Virus record (IMG/VR): IMGVR_UViG_3300044815_000165
Span: 1 to 64,000 of that record
Length of the DNA stretch: 64,000 nt
From: a virus
Reading direction: 5' to 3' (one strand)
Made by a program: the position numbers and the translations under genes. Shown one piece after another: positions 1-9,603 of the stretch. Position 1 is the first letter of the stretch, and every line of letters begins with the position of its first letter. The notes beneath the pieces were generated by a model. That model was given only the letters and a program-made list of their open reading frames with translations. It was not told the origin of the DNA and ran no database searches.

Positions 1-93
1 CTTCCAGTGCTCGTCGGCACCACCACCCTCATCGCGGCGACTGCAGCTGTCGTCGTCTCGTTCACGGTGATCGCCGACAGCTCGGTCGGCTAA
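1..93 (+). CDS. 3' end of an upstream gene (partial, unknown product)
   Basis: Frame 1 open from base 1 (LPVLVGTTTLIAATAAVVVSFTVIADSSVG) to TAA at 91-93, typical codon usage, followed by the RBS of the next gene. Confidence 0.6.
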   Translation, partial: LPVLVGTTTLIAATAAVVVSFTVIADSSVG

Positions 94-105
94 GGAGAAA
101 GACAG

Positions 106-495
106 ATGCAGAACGCTTCCATTCCGAACTTCGCGAACACGAACCAGTTCAAGGTGATGATCGGTGACGCCGCGTTCGTGGTGCCCGATTCCGTCGAGTC
201 CGTCTCGCCGGCAGGTGCACTCACGGGCGGCATCTCGTCGTCCGGCCTCTCGCCGGTCAACCTCTTCAACACGAAGCGCGCCACCATCGGCGGCTACCTC
301 TTCGTCGCGTTCAGCGACGCGGTCGGCCCGACGGCGCTCGACTTCCAGACGAAGATCAACCCGGGCGACTCGGTCGTCCTCACGGTCGCGGCGAGCGTCG
401 CCACCGTCCAGATCACCGACGTGAGCGGCGCCGTCCGCACGCCGTTCTCGTTCGCCTACACCGCGGTCGGTGGCATCCAGGGCTACTACGCGTAA
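106..495 (+). CDS. Hypothetical beta-rich protein in head module (possible decoration protein)
   Basis: AAGGAG RBS, typical codon usage, position upstream of scaffold and capsid genes. Confidence 0.6.
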   Translation: MQNASIPNFANTNQFKVMIGDAAFVVPDSVESVSPAGALTGGISSSGLSPVNLFNTKRATIGGYLFVAFSDAVGPTALDFQTKINPGDSVVLTVAASVATVQITDVSGAVRTPFSFAYTAVGGIQGYYA

Positions 496-516
496 GTAGG
501 AACGGAGGAGAAAATC

Positions 517-1437
517 ATGCCGAGAACCAAGATCAAAGAGAGCAAGCTGCTCAAGGCTCTCGCCGAGCTGGAAGGCAAGGCGGACGAGCTGGAGAAGGGT
601 GACGCGCTCGAGAACGCGGATCCCGAGGGCGCCTTCGCGACCGAAGGTACGCCGCTCTCCAACAAGGCTCCGAGCGGCAAGTCCGACACCAAGAAGTCCG
701 ACGGCGATGACGACTCGGACGACGGCGACGACGGCTCTTCGATGGCCGCGAAGGCGTTCTCGGCATCGGACGCGGAGTCCGAAGCTCCGAAGAAGAAGAC
801 GAAGAAGCCGTTCCCGCCGAAGGGCAACGACGACTCGTCTTCGGACGACGACGACGCCGAGAAGTCGTTCCGCGAGACCGCGGATGGCGACGAGACGATG
901 GCGAAGGCCATCGAGGTCTCGGACTTCCTCGAAGCGATGGTCGATCAGATCAGCCTGACCATGCTGACCATGGGCAAGTCGATCTCGAAGTCGATCGGCG
1001 AACTCGAGAGCCGCCTCAACGCGCGGATCGACAACCGCGTGTCGAAGGGCATCGGACTCCAGCAGGAGTTCAACACGCGGCTCGCGAAGGCGATCACGGC
1101 GATCGGCACCTCGGTCGAAGACCAGGGTGATCTCGTCAAGTCGCTCGCGAACTCACCGGCGACCACCGCGCCGCGTGGCAAGGCAATCCTCTCGAAGGCA
1201 GAGGTCAACCAGCCGCCGTGGGGTGGCGGCAACAACACGCTCGCGGCGGGCAACGAGCCCGACGTCAGCGAACTCGGCAGCCTGGCACCCGACAAGATCG
1301 GTGACTGGCTGTTCGCGAAGTCTGCGACCAATCAGATCGACCCTCGCGTCATCATGGCGTGGGAAGCCGATCACTACGACCCCAAGACGCTGCCGGAGAA
1401 TATCCAAAAGGCAATCGTCAACGACCTCTGCAAGTAA
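517..1437 (+). CDS. Capsid scaffold-like protein
   Basis: GGAGGAG RBS; D/K-rich disordered N-half plus helical KS/KA-rich C-half; immediately upstream of major capsid gene as in SPO1/K-like phages. Confidence 0.65.
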   Translation: MPRTKIKESKLLKALAELEGKADELEKGDALENADPEGAFATEGTPLSNKAPSGKSDTKKSDGDDDSDDGDDGSSMAAKAFSASDAESEAPKKKTKKPFPPKGNDDSSSDDDDAEKSFRETADGDETMAKAIEVSDFLEAMVDQISLTMLTMGKSISKSIGELESRLNARIDNRVSKGIGLQQEFNTRLAKAITAIGTSVEDQGDLVKSLANSPATTAPRGKAILSKAEVNQPPWGGGNNTLAAGNEPDVSELGSLAPDKIGDWLFAKSATNQIDPRVIMAWEADHYDPKTLPENIQKAIVNDLCK

Positions 1438-1452
1438 GGAAGGAGCCACGTT

Positions 1453-2853
1453 ATGATCAGAATGCAAGATTACGAGGGTTATCACGGCTTCGGCCAGCTC
1501 GCTCAGGGCGACGTCGACGAGCTGTCCAAGGCGCTCAGCGCCGGCTACCAGAATCCGCCCGTGTCGGGCTCGAACGCGCTGCGCGTCGAGTCCCTCGAGC
1601 AGACGCTGCGTGTGCTCACGTTCACGCAAGCACACGTGCAGTTCTGGCGGGACATCCCGAAGCTGCCCGCGTTCTCGACGGTCGAGGAGTACAACGTCCA
1701 GACGAGCTACGGCTCCGAGGGCGGCATGTTCACCAAGGCCGGCGAGCTGCCGCAGGTGCAGGACGCGTCGTACGAGCGCCGCACCGCGCTCGTGAAGTAC
1801 GTGACCACGCAGCGCGAGGTCGATCACCCGACGATGCTCGTCCGGCCCGCCCACGGCAACGTGGTCGCGCAGGAGACGCAGAACGGCGGCGTGTGGATCC
1901 TCGAGCGTGTCGAGCGCGCGCTGTACACCGGCCGCAGCGACGTGATCGCCGAGGCGTGGGACGGCATCGACACGCAGATCCGCAGCGACCCGTCCGCGTC
2001 GACCACGTCGATCATCGATCTCCGTGGCGGCATCCTCACCGAGGACAACATCGAGGATGCGACGAACCGCATCATCGAGAACTACGGCGTGCCGACGGAC
2101 CTCTACGCGGCGCCGAAGGCGCTGTCATCGATGGTGAAGCAGTTCTACCCGCGCGAGCGCTTCAGCATGCCCGCGCCGGTCGATGGCACGGTCGGCATGT
2201 CGGTGAACAAGGTCCGCACGCAGGCGGGCCTCATCAACCTGAAGGGGAACATCTTCCTCCGCTCGGGCAAGAATAACAGCGTCAAGAACGCGCCGGCATC
2301 GGCCAACGCGGTGCGCGCTCCGGTGCCGTCCTCGATCGCTGCCGCGAACGCCGCGGGTCCGCTCGCGACGTCGCTGTTCGCGGCCTCGGACGTCGGCGCA
2401 TGGCGCTACAAGGTGACCTCGGTCAACCGCTTCGGCGAGTCGGCCGCGAGCGCCGTGTCGATCGCCTCGGTCGCAGCTGCGGGTGACGGGATCACGCTGA
2501 CGATCACGAACAACGCCGACTCTTCGGACGTGACGACCGGGTACAACATCTACCGTTGCCCGATCGTCGGCGGCGTCGCCGGCACGGAGCAGTTCATGTG
2601 GCAGGTGCCCCGCATCGCGGGCTCTGCGACGACGGTGTTCGTCGACGTGAACCGCTACCTGCCGAACACGTCGAAGGCGTACCTGAAGCAGATGAACCTC
2701 CAGGCCATCAGCTTCCGGCAGCTCGCGCCGATGATGAAGATCCCGCTCGCGACGATCGCGCTGTCGGTGCGGTGGGCGATGCTCCTATATGGAATGCCCA
2801 TTGTTTATGCGACCCGAAAGTTCGTGATTTTCGATAACGTGGGCGACGAGTAA
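1453..2853 (+). CDS. Major capsid protein, SPO1/Twort/K-like
   Basis: 466 aa; LSKALSAGY..ALRVESLEQTLRVLTF..FWRDIPKLPAFSTVEEY, IIDLRG, FN3-like insertion YKVTSVNRFGESAAS, C-terminal LAPMMKIPLA motif. Confidence 0.92.
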   Translation: MIRMQDYEGYHGFGQLAQGDVDELSKALSAGYQNPPVSGSNALRVESLEQTLRVLTFTQAHVQFWRDIPKLPAFSTVEEYNVQTSYGSEGGMFTKAGELPQVQDASYERRTALVKYVTTQREVDHPTMLVRPAHGNVVAQETQNGGVWILERVERALYTGRSDVIAEAWDGIDTQIRSDPSASTTSIIDLRGGILTEDNIEDATNRIIENYGVPTDLYAAPKALSSMVKQFYPRERFSMPAPVDGTVGMSVNKVRTQAGLINLKGNIFLRSGKNNSVKNAPASANAVRAPVPSSIAAANAAGPLATSLFAASDVGAWRYKVTSVNRFGESAASAVSIASVAAAGDGITLTITNNADSSDVTTGYNIYRCPIVGGVAGTEQFMWQVPRIAGSATTVFVDVNRYLPNTSKAYLKQMNLQAISFRQLAPMMKIPLATIALSVRWAMLLYGMPIVYATRKFVIFDNVGDE

Positions 2854-2885
2854 GACTCGGACTATCGTTGCCCGCCTAATGGTGG

Positions 2886-2891
2886 TAGAAT
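2886..2891 (+). promoter_or_regulatory. Extended -10 box (TGG TAGAAT) upstream of HNH gene
   Basis: TGnTAGAAT directly 5' of the hairpin; no clear -35. Confidence 0.45.
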
Positions 2892-2892
2892 T

Positions 2893-2924
2893 CTCCTCGG
2901 AGCTGACACTCCGGGGAGTTTTTT
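2893..2924 (+). terminator. Intrinsic terminator after capsid gene (also sequesters SD of HNH gene)
   Basis: CTCCTCGGAG-ctgaca-CTCCGGGGAG stem-loop followed by TTTTTT. Confidence 0.8.
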
Positions 2925-2930
2925 CGTTTT

Positions 2931-3506
2931 ATGGCGCGTCCGCGAGTTCTGATTCCGATCAAGAAGAAGTGCGAAGGCTGCGGCGTGATGTTTCTCGCAA
3001 CAACCAGCTACGCGATCACGAAGCAACGCTGGTGCAGTCGAACTTGCTCACTACCTGTGGTTCAAGCTGCGAAGCGCGTCCCGAAGGTCAAGCGAAGTTG
3101 CGAGCAGTGCAGCAAGGCCATCAAGCGTGTGCCGTCACATTTCGCGAACCGCGATCACGTGTTCTGCTCGAACGCTTGCCGAGGACAGTGGCGCTCTGAT
3201 CATGGGGATTTGTTCGGAGAGAACAACGCACAGTGGAAGGGCGGCTCCGCAACATGGTGGAAGCAGCGAGCGCGCGAGCGCGACGACTTCACCTGCCAGG
3301 TCGACGGCTGCGACGTGCGAGACGAAGGCAAGGGGACGCACGCGCACCACAAGCTCCCTCGCGAGGCTGGCGGAGACGACGCGCTCGACAACCTCGTCAC
3401 GCTCTGCGATCACCACCACCAGGTTGCCGAGCGTCAGCTCATCCTCCGCGTGTTCGAGCTAGCTCCCGACATTGTCCGCCGCGCGATCACCGAGATGTAT
3501 GGCTGA
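2931..3506 (+). CDS. Free-standing HNH homing endonuclease with N-terminal Zn-finger repeats
   Basis: CEGC..WCSRTC, CEQC..FCSNAC, NAQWKGG, RDDFTCQ..C..HAHHKLP..DNLVTLCDHHH; lower GC in 5' half. Confidence 0.9.
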   Translation: MARPRVLIPIKKKCEGCGVMFLATTSYAITKQRWCSRTCSLPVVQAAKRVPKVKRSCEQCSKAIKRVPSHFANRDHVFCSNACRGQWRSDHGDLFGENNAQWKGGSATWWKQRARERDDFTCQVDGCDVRDEGKGTHAHHKLPREAGGDDALDNLVTLCDHHHQVAERQLILRVFELAPDIVRRAITEMYG

Positions 3507-3526
3507 CGGCGGTGTATGCTCTGGTC

Positions 3527-3811
3527 ATGGCGAAAGTGAAAGCGAAGCTCCGCGACCTCAGCCTCCGCGGTGACACGGTGAACACGCGGTGGGGTGCCGT
3601 GTCATTCGACAAGGACGGCCTGGCCGAGCTGGAGGTCGACGAGGACGATCTCCCCATGCTCCGCGACACCAAGCCTCATCCGTGGCTCGTCGAGGAGGCT
3701 CCGGTCGAGGCTCCGAAGAGCAAGGGCAAGGACGCCGGCTCCGACGAGGACGACGACAAGGACCCGAAGACGAAGCACGACCACAAGAACGACAAGCATG
3801 GCAAGAAGTAA
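3527..3811 (+). CDS. Small conserved post-capsid virion protein
   Basis: MAKVKAKL..TRWGAVSFDKDG plus charged tail, like the ~100-aa gene following the capsid gene in K-like phages; TATGCT-6nt-ATG leaderless start. Confidence 0.75.
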   Translation: MAKVKAKLRDLSLRGDTVNTRWGAVSFDKDGLAELEVDEDDLPMLRDTKPHPWLVEEAPVEAPKSKGKDAGSDEDDDKDPKTKHDHKNDKHGKK

Positions 3812-3814
3812 CGC

Positions 3815-4657
3815 GTGAGTGCATCCAGCATCTCGGCAACCGCGACCGCGACCGTCAAGCAGACGCCGTCGCGGTTCTCGGTGTTGTTCTCGCTGGACGA
3901 TCTCACCGCGCAGTATCTCAAGGACAACTACCTCACGGGGTTCACCTTCAAGGATCGCTGCGAGCAGCCGCTGCCCGACCTCTTCTTCGAGGACAAGATC
4001 GCGAACGCGATCGCGCGGCTCGAGGACATCACGCACATCGACATCCTGCAGCGCGAGGTCACGGGCGAGGTCCACGACTACATGGTCACGGACTACCTGA
4101 ACTACGCGTTCATGCAGCTCTACCGGATCCCGGCGCAGAGCGTCTCGCAGGTGCGCGCGGTGTACCCGACCGGCACGACGGTGCAGGTGTTCCCGCAGGA
4201 GTGGGTGCGGCTCACTGTCGAGCACAGCCAGTTCCACCTCGTGCCGACCGCCGGCACGCTCGCGCAGGTCCTCATGGGGAGCGGCGCTGGATACCTGCCG
4301 TTCATCTTCGCCGGCGTCGGATCCATGCCGAGCTTGTGGGAGGTCGACTATGTCTCCGGGTTCAAGCCGGACGCGATCCCGCGCGACATCATCTCCACGA
4401 TCTGCAAGCTCGCCGCGATCGAGGTCCTCACGCTGATGAGCAACCTCATCGGACCTCTCGGCATCGCGTCGCAGAGCCTCGGGATCGACGGCATGTCGCA
4501 GAGCACCTCGCGTCAGCTTCCCGCGTTCAAGGCGCAGATCGACGCGTACAAGCTCGACCTCGGTCTTCCCGGTCCGGGCTCCGACGGCAAGTTCAGCACG
4601 GGCGAGATCGGACAACTGCGTCGCACGTACATCGGCATGGTCGTGGCCTCGCTGTGA
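3815..4657 (+). CDS. Head-tail adaptor (neck) protein
   Basis: HDYMVTDYLNYAFMQLYRIP, VDYVSG, GIASQSLGIDGMSQS motifs of the K-like ~300-aa neck protein; synteny. Confidence 0.8.
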   Translation: MSASSISATATATVKQTPSRFSVLFSLDDLTAQYLKDNYLTGFTFKDRCEQPLPDLFFEDKIANAIARLEDITHIDILQREVTGEVHDYMVTDYLNYAFMQLYRIPAQSVSQVRAVYPTGTTVQVFPQEWVRLTVEHSQFHLVPTAGTLAQVLMGSGAGYLPFIFAGVGSMPSLWEVDYVSGFKPDAIPRDIISTICKLAAIEVLTLMSNLIGPLGIASQSLGIDGMSQSTSRQLPAFKAQIDAYKLDLGLPGPGSDGKFSTGEIGQLRRTYIGMVVASL

Positions 4658-5472
4658 GCGGCGGGATGGTCACGCGCGAGGGCAGCGTCTCGATCGGTGG
4701 AGGCATCCGGCTGCCGTCGCCGGCGGGTGGGTGGGATCCGCAGCTCACCGACGGCACCGTCGACTTCGACCGCGACGCGTTCACGCGCTTCATCGCCGAC
4801 AAGGGCTACGACGTCACGTGGGAGAAGGCGGTGCTCTGCCCGAACACGCCGGGCAACGGGCTCGCACCGGGTGATCACGCGATCAACTGCACGGTGTGCG
4901 ACCACGGGCTCGGCTTCATCTACATCGACCCCATCGAGACGAAGATGCTCATGCAGGGCTTCAAGCTCAACCAGAGCTTCTACGCGTTCGGACGCTGGGA
5001 CGCGGGCAACCAGCTCGTCACCGCCGAGCCCGAGTTCCGCATCGGTCCGTGGGATCGCCTGACCCTCGGCAACGGCGTCGGCAGGTTCACTCAGCGCATC
5101 ACGCGCCAGTCGGGCACGACGCTCGACAAGCTCAAGTACAGCCCGCTGTGTGTCGTCTACGTCGGGTGGGTGGATCGATCGGGCGCGCTCGTGACCTTCA
5201 CGGCTGACGAAGAGTTCCAGGTCTCGGCGGACGGTGGGTCGCTCGAGTGGATCAGCGACGCGCAGCCGGACGCCGGCGCGCGCTACAGCATCCTGTACGA
5301 CTACCGGCCGCGCTACGTCGTGCAGGACCTGGTGCACCACCACCGCGACTCGACCATCAAGGGTGTCCACTACCAGTTCCCGGTGCAGGCGGTCGCGAAG
5401 CTCGACTTCATGATCCGTGATCAGAGCACCGACCCGCAGCAAGTCGTCGACGTGAATCCGTTCCCACGGTAG
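4654..5472 (+). CDS. Head closure/stopper neck protein with Zn-binding Cys
   Basis: GYDVTWEKAVLCP..HAINCTVCDHGLGFIY, YDYRPRYVVQDLVH; GTG overlaps previous stop (alternative ATG 4666). Confidence 0.75.
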   Translation: MSGGMVTREGSVSIGGGIRLPSPAGGWDPQLTDGTVDFDRDAFTRFIADKGYDVTWEKAVLCPNTPGNGLAPGDHAINCTVCDHGLGFIYIDPIETKMLMQGFKLNQSFYAFGRWDAGNQLVTAEPEFRIGPWDRLTLGNGVGRFTQRITRQSGTTLDKLKYSPLCVVYVGWVDRSGALVTFTADEEFQVSADGGSLEWISDAQPDAGARYSILYDYRPRYVVQDLVHHHRDSTIKGVHYQFPVQAVAKLDFMIRDQSTDPQQVVDVNPFPR

Positions 5473-5481
5473 GAGGCGTTG

Positions 5482-6240
5482 ATGAAGATGGTGATGACGG
5501 TCGCGTCGCCGAAGGCTGCCGGCGCGAAGCTGGGCAAGGTGTACAAGAACGCGCTCCGCGAGGCGCGGCCGAGGATCGCCGCGCTCATCCGCGAGCGCGT
5601 CGGCGCCGAGGCCAAGAAGCACTTCAAGACGCTCGCGCCGCTCTACATCAAGGCGATCGAGAAGCCGAGCGCGATCAAGATGACCGACGACGGCATCGAG
5701 GTCACGCTCGGCTCGAAGATCGCGCAAGCACTCGAGGGCGGCGCGAGCGCGTACGACATGAAGAACGCGCTGCTCAAGCACGCGAAGAAGACGTCGAAGT
5801 CGGGCGTCGCGTACGTCGACGTGCCGTTCACGCACACGACCGCGGGCGCTGCCGGCACGACGAAGATCCCGTTCATGATGAAGCGCGCGATCAACAAGCT
5901 GACGCTGAACACCGCGGGCACCGCGCGCCTCGATCAGAAGACGGCGGGTCGCAAGGTGAAGAAGACCTTCTACCAGAAGGCAACCGACGGCGGCATGTCG
6001 AAGACCAAGCAGGTCGTGCAGCACAAGCGCGGGCTCCACGACGGGCTGACCCGTACGAAGACGGCGCAGGGCTCGCGCTACTCGACCGTCCGGCGCATCT
6101 CCGCGAACAGCGACCCGTCGTCGTGGATGCACCCAGGGTTCAAGGGATCGCACATCCTCAAGAACACGCTCCCCAAGCTGCGGCGTGACATCGAGCAGAT
6201 CGTGAAGGAAGCTGTCGGCAAGACGAAGGGAAGAGGATGA
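5482..6240 (+). CDS. Basic tail completion/neck protein
   Basis: AGGAGG RBS; YDMK..LL, YVDVPF, YSTVRRISANSDPSSWMHPG motif; synteny. Confidence 0.7.
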   Translation: MKMVMTVASPKAAGAKLGKVYKNALREARPRIAALIRERVGAEAKKHFKTLAPLYIKAIEKPSAIKMTDDGIEVTLGSKIAQALEGGASAYDMKNALLKHAKKTSKSGVAYVDVPFTHTTAGAAGTTKIPFMMKRAINKLTLNTAGTARLDQKTAGRKVKKTFYQKATDGGMSKTKQVVQHKRGLHDGLTRTKTAQGSRYSTVRRISANSDPSSWMHPGFKGSHILKNTLPKLRRDIEQIVKEAVGKTKGRG

Positions 6241-6983
6241 GCATCGACCCGAAGAACCCGGACACGCGCGACGTCGGCGATCCGTCCAACAACTACACCG
6301 TCCCGCAGAACCAACCGGCGGGGATGCGGATCCCGGAGTTCATCTTCCGACAGCTCATCAGCTGGTCGATCCAGCAGGTGCGCAACAACGTCGACATGCC
6401 GAAGAACAACCTCGTCGACGAGCTGTTCGCGATGGCCGGCGCCGACGTGATCAAGCAGATCAAGGACTGGCTGCGAGGCCACGCCAACTTGTTCATCGAC
6501 ACGAGCTGGCCGAAGGACGACGCGACGCTGCCAGCGATCGTGATCGAGAATCAGGGCGAGCAGGAGGACACGAGCAACGCGCTGCTCGGCGACGTCGCCG
6601 GCATGATGAGCTACGGACGGTTCGGCGGCGCGGAGACGTCGCGCATGCATTTCGCCGTCCCCGAGCAGCACGTCACGAACATCTACATCGCGACGACAGA
6701 CGACCGACTTACGCAGTTCCTGTACACGCTCGTGAAGTTCATCCTGCTGAGCAACAAGGACCAGCTGACGCAGTGGTACGACATCCACAATCTCGTGCTC
6801 AGCGGGCAGGTCCTGGATCACGACCCGGAGCGGTTCCCGACGTTCACGTACTTCAGGATGCTGACGGCGAACTACCTCTGCCTGTTCGATTTCAACGGAT
6901 CGGAGGAGGCTGCCAAGATCGTCTCCCTCGAGCTGATGGTCGACGCCGCGCAGGGGGACGTCATCGTTCCACGAGAGGACTAG
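6237..6983 (+). CDS. Tail terminator-like protein
   Basis: WPKDDATLPAIVIENQGEQE..LLGD pattern; position two genes before sheath. Confidence 0.65.
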   Translation: MSIDPKNPDTRDVGDPSNNYTVPQNQPAGMRIPEFIFRQLISWSIQQVRNNVDMPKNNLVDELFAMAGADVIKQIKDWLRGHANLFIDTSWPKDDATLPAIVIENQGEQEDTSNALLGDVAGMMSYGRFGGAETSRMHFAVPEQHVTNIYIATTDDRLTQFLYTLVKFILLSNKDQLTQWYDIHNLVLSGQVLDHDPERFPTFTYFRMLTANYLCLFDFNGSEEAAKIVSLELMVDAAQGDVIVPRED

Positions 6984-7020
6984 CTCCGCGGGGCAATACG
7001 TGTTGTACAATGACGCGGAG

Positions 7021-7266
7021 ATGACCGCCGAAGGCAAGGGCAAGACGTACCGCGGACAGCCGTTCGTTCCGGTGAAGTCTCCGGGCGACGTACAGGAGCA
7101 GCTCGACGCTGACGCCGTGTACGCCAAGGAAGGCACCGTCTCGATCGAGACGTACTTCGCGGTCGCGGGTGTCCGCGATCCGGTCATGAAGGCGAGCATG
7201 CTCGCGTTCACCCTCGTCCGTCACGCGACGGTCGAGGATTGGGCGAAGATCTTCGCGAAACACTAG
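7021..7266 (+). CDS. Small conserved pre-sheath protein
   Basis: VSIETYF..EDWAKIF; same position and size as the ~70-aa pre-sheath gene of K-like phages; TACAAT at 7006. Confidence 0.6.
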   Translation: MTAEGKGKTYRGQPFVPVKSPGDVQEQLDADAVYAKEGTVSIETYFAVAGVRDPVMKASMLAFTLVRHATVEDWAKIFAKH

Positions 7267-7276
7267 GAGACCAACG

Positions 7277-9097
7277 ATGTCCATGCGCGTCCTTTTCAAT
7301 GGTGCCGTTCTCGTCCGCCCCGGCGCGTCGACGAAGATCGACGCGTCGCAGTTCCAGAACATCGTGCTCAATGGGCTCGGCACCGTCGGGTTGATCGGCG
7401 AGGCGGAGAGCGGCGCGCCGCACGTCCTCGGCATCTGGACGAGCCCCGAGGACGTCAAGGCCGAGTTCGTGTCCGGTGACCTCGTCGACGCCGCCGCGAT
7501 CGTCGCGGCACCCGGCAACGACCCGCGCATCCCCGCCGGCGCCGCGACGATCGTCACCTACAAGGTGAACGCATCGACGCAGGCGCTGTACGCGCACCCG
7601 GTCTCGCCGAACACGATCCACACCTTCAAGTCGAAGAAGTACGGGTTCGCCGCGAACATGCTCTCGGTCGCGCTCGCGGTCGGCGGCAGCGCGAACGAGC
7701 GCGTCATCACGATCACCGGGCCGGACGACTTCGGCGTGCTGCAGTCGGAGGTGTCGCCGTCGCTCGGCGCGACCGGCAAGTTCACGATGCAGTACACGGG
7801 CGCGTCGACCGCGTGCACGGTGACGATCACCGCGACGACGCTCACGACCACGACAGCGTCACCGAACACGCCGGCGGAGGATCTCAATCTCACCCTCTCC
7901 GACTTCGCGTCGCTCAACGATCTCGTCGTGTACATCAACAACCTCGCCTCGTACTCGGCGACGGCGCTCGTCACGAACGCGGTCTCGTTCAACCCGCTCG
8001 ATCTCGACGCAGTGGTCGCGCTCAACGTGAAGACGCTGGCGACGTTGTTCTCGCTGAACTTCGACCTCGCGAACTGGGTCAACCTGAACAGCTCGTTCAT
8101 CACCGACACGCTCACGCGGGGCAAGGTCGGCCCGGCGGCGATTCTCACGACCACGCCGTTGGCGGGCGGCACGCGCGGCACGTCGGCGAACTCCGACTGG
8201 GTCGCCGCGTTCCTCGCGATGCGCAGCGTCCGCATCAACCAGATGGTGCCGCTCGCGTCCGAGAACGCGCTCGGCGCGACACCGGCTGGCGGCGCCGGCC
8301 GGATCGGCGACACGTACACGTACGCGTCGATCCTCGCGTCCGCCGTCGCGCACGCGAAGTTCGTCTCGTCGACCGCCGGCCGCAACGAGTGCCAGGCGTG
8401 GTCCGGCATGAAGGGCACGAAGACGGAGATCATCGCCGCAGCAAACGGTCAGAACTCCGAGCACCTCTGCCTCGTCGGGCAGAAGCTCGTTCGCCAGCGC
8501 GCGAGCGACGCCGAGATCGCCACGCTGCCCGAGTGGGCGACCGCGTGCGCGCTCGCGGGCATGCGCGCCGGAGCGCAGCTCGGCGAGCCGCTGACGTGGA
8601 AGTACCTCCTCGCGACGGGCGTCACCTCCGATCCTTCGTGGAAGGAGACGGACAACGACGACTGCACGGACATGGCGCTCAACGGCGTCATGGTGATCAA
8701 CTCGAAGACCAACAAGGGCTTCCGCCTCGACAAGGGCATCACCACGTTCACGAAGCTCGACAACGACGCGTACACCGAGGAGACCGTCGTCCAGATCTGG
8801 AAGGCGATCGGCTACGACCTCCGCACGGCGCTCGAGGACGCGTTCGTCGGCACCGGCGGCACGCTCGACAAGGTGCAGACCGCACCCGCGGTCATGAAGC
8901 GCGTGCTCGAGCCGCAGCGCCAGGCGGGCGCGATCACCGACTCGCTCATCGACGGCGTGCGCACGCCGGCGTACCGCAACATGACGGCGAAGCTCTCCGG
9001 CGACGTGTTGTCGGCCGGCGTCACGATCACGCCCACCCCGGGCATCAACTTCGTGCTGAACACCATCGTTCTGGTGCCGGCTGCGAGCAGCACGTAA
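7277..9097 (+). CDS. Contractile tail sheath protein
   Basis: 606 aa; LVRPGASTKIDAS, LIGEAESGAP, FVSGDLVDA, LAGGTRGT, LGEPLTWKYL, C-terminal PTPGINFVL. Confidence 0.93.
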   Translation: MSMRVLFNGAVLVRPGASTKIDASQFQNIVLNGLGTVGLIGEAESGAPHVLGIWTSPEDVKAEFVSGDLVDAAAIVAAPGNDPRIPAGAATIVTYKVNASTQALYAHPVSPNTIHTFKSKKYGFAANMLSVALAVGGSANERVITITGPDDFGVLQSEVSPSLGATGKFTMQYTGASTACTVTITATTLTTTTASPNTPAEDLNLTLSDFASLNDLVVYINNLASYSATALVTNAVSFNPLDLDAVVALNVKTLATLFSLNFDLANWVNLNSSFITDTLTRGKVGPAAILTTTPLAGGTRGTSANSDWVAAFLAMRSVRINQMVPLASENALGATPAGGAGRIGDTYTYASILASAVAHAKFVSSTAGRNECQAWSGMKGTKTEIIAAANGQNSEHLCLVGQKLVRQRASDAEIATLPEWATACALAGMRAGAQLGEPLTWKYLLATGVTSDPSWKETDNDDCTDMALNGVMVINSKTNKGFRLDKGITTFTKLDNDAYTEETVVQIWKAIGYDLRTALEDAFVGTGGTLDKVQTAPAVMKRVLEPQRQAGAITDSLIDGVRTPAYRNMTAKLSGDVLSAGVTITPTPGINFVLNTIVLVPAASST

Positions 9098-9108
9098 GGA
9101 GCTGAACC

Positions 9109-9597
9109 ATGGGCCGCGGAGCACTTCCTCAGAACCAAGGCACGCACGTCTTCACCGGCGCGCGCGCCATCTTCAAGTTCAACGACTCGGTCGTCGGGTA
9201 CGCGTCGGGCGTGTCCGGATCCGAGGAGATCACGTACGAGGGTGTCGACACGCTCGACCACCTCGAAGTCCGCGAGCACGCGCCGACCGCGTACCGCGTG
9301 ACGTTCTCCGCGCAGATGTTTCGCACGATCGCCGTCGGTCCCTCGACCGACGAAGACGGGCCGGGTTCCATCAAGGAGCAGAACATCTTCCCGAAGTTCG
9401 ACGACATCCTCCGGATCCAGGGCGTCGACGCGCTGATCCAGGACAAGATCAGCGGGAAGATCCTCTTCCTCCTGCAGCAGGTGAAGACGTCGTCGTACAA
9501 CTTCAACGTCGGCGCGCGCAGCATCACCGGCCAGAACGTGTCGTTCGTCGCCATCCGCGCGTTCGACGAGTCCGAGCTTCCGACCGTCAGCCCGTAA
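9109..9597 (+). CDS. Tail tube protein
   Basis: VFTGARAIFKFNDSVVGYASGVSGSEE..EH..YRVTFS..FR; C-terminal GQNVSFVA; follows sheath. Confidence 0.88.
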   Translation: MGRGALPQNQGTHVFTGARAIFKFNDSVVGYASGVSGSEEITYEGVDTLDHLEVREHAPTAYRVTFSAQMFRTIAVGPSTDEDGPGSIKEQNIFPKFDDILRIQGVDALIQDKISGKILFLLQQVKTSSYNFNVGARSITGQNVSFVAIRAFDESELPTVSP

Positions 9598-9603
9598 GAA
9601 CAC

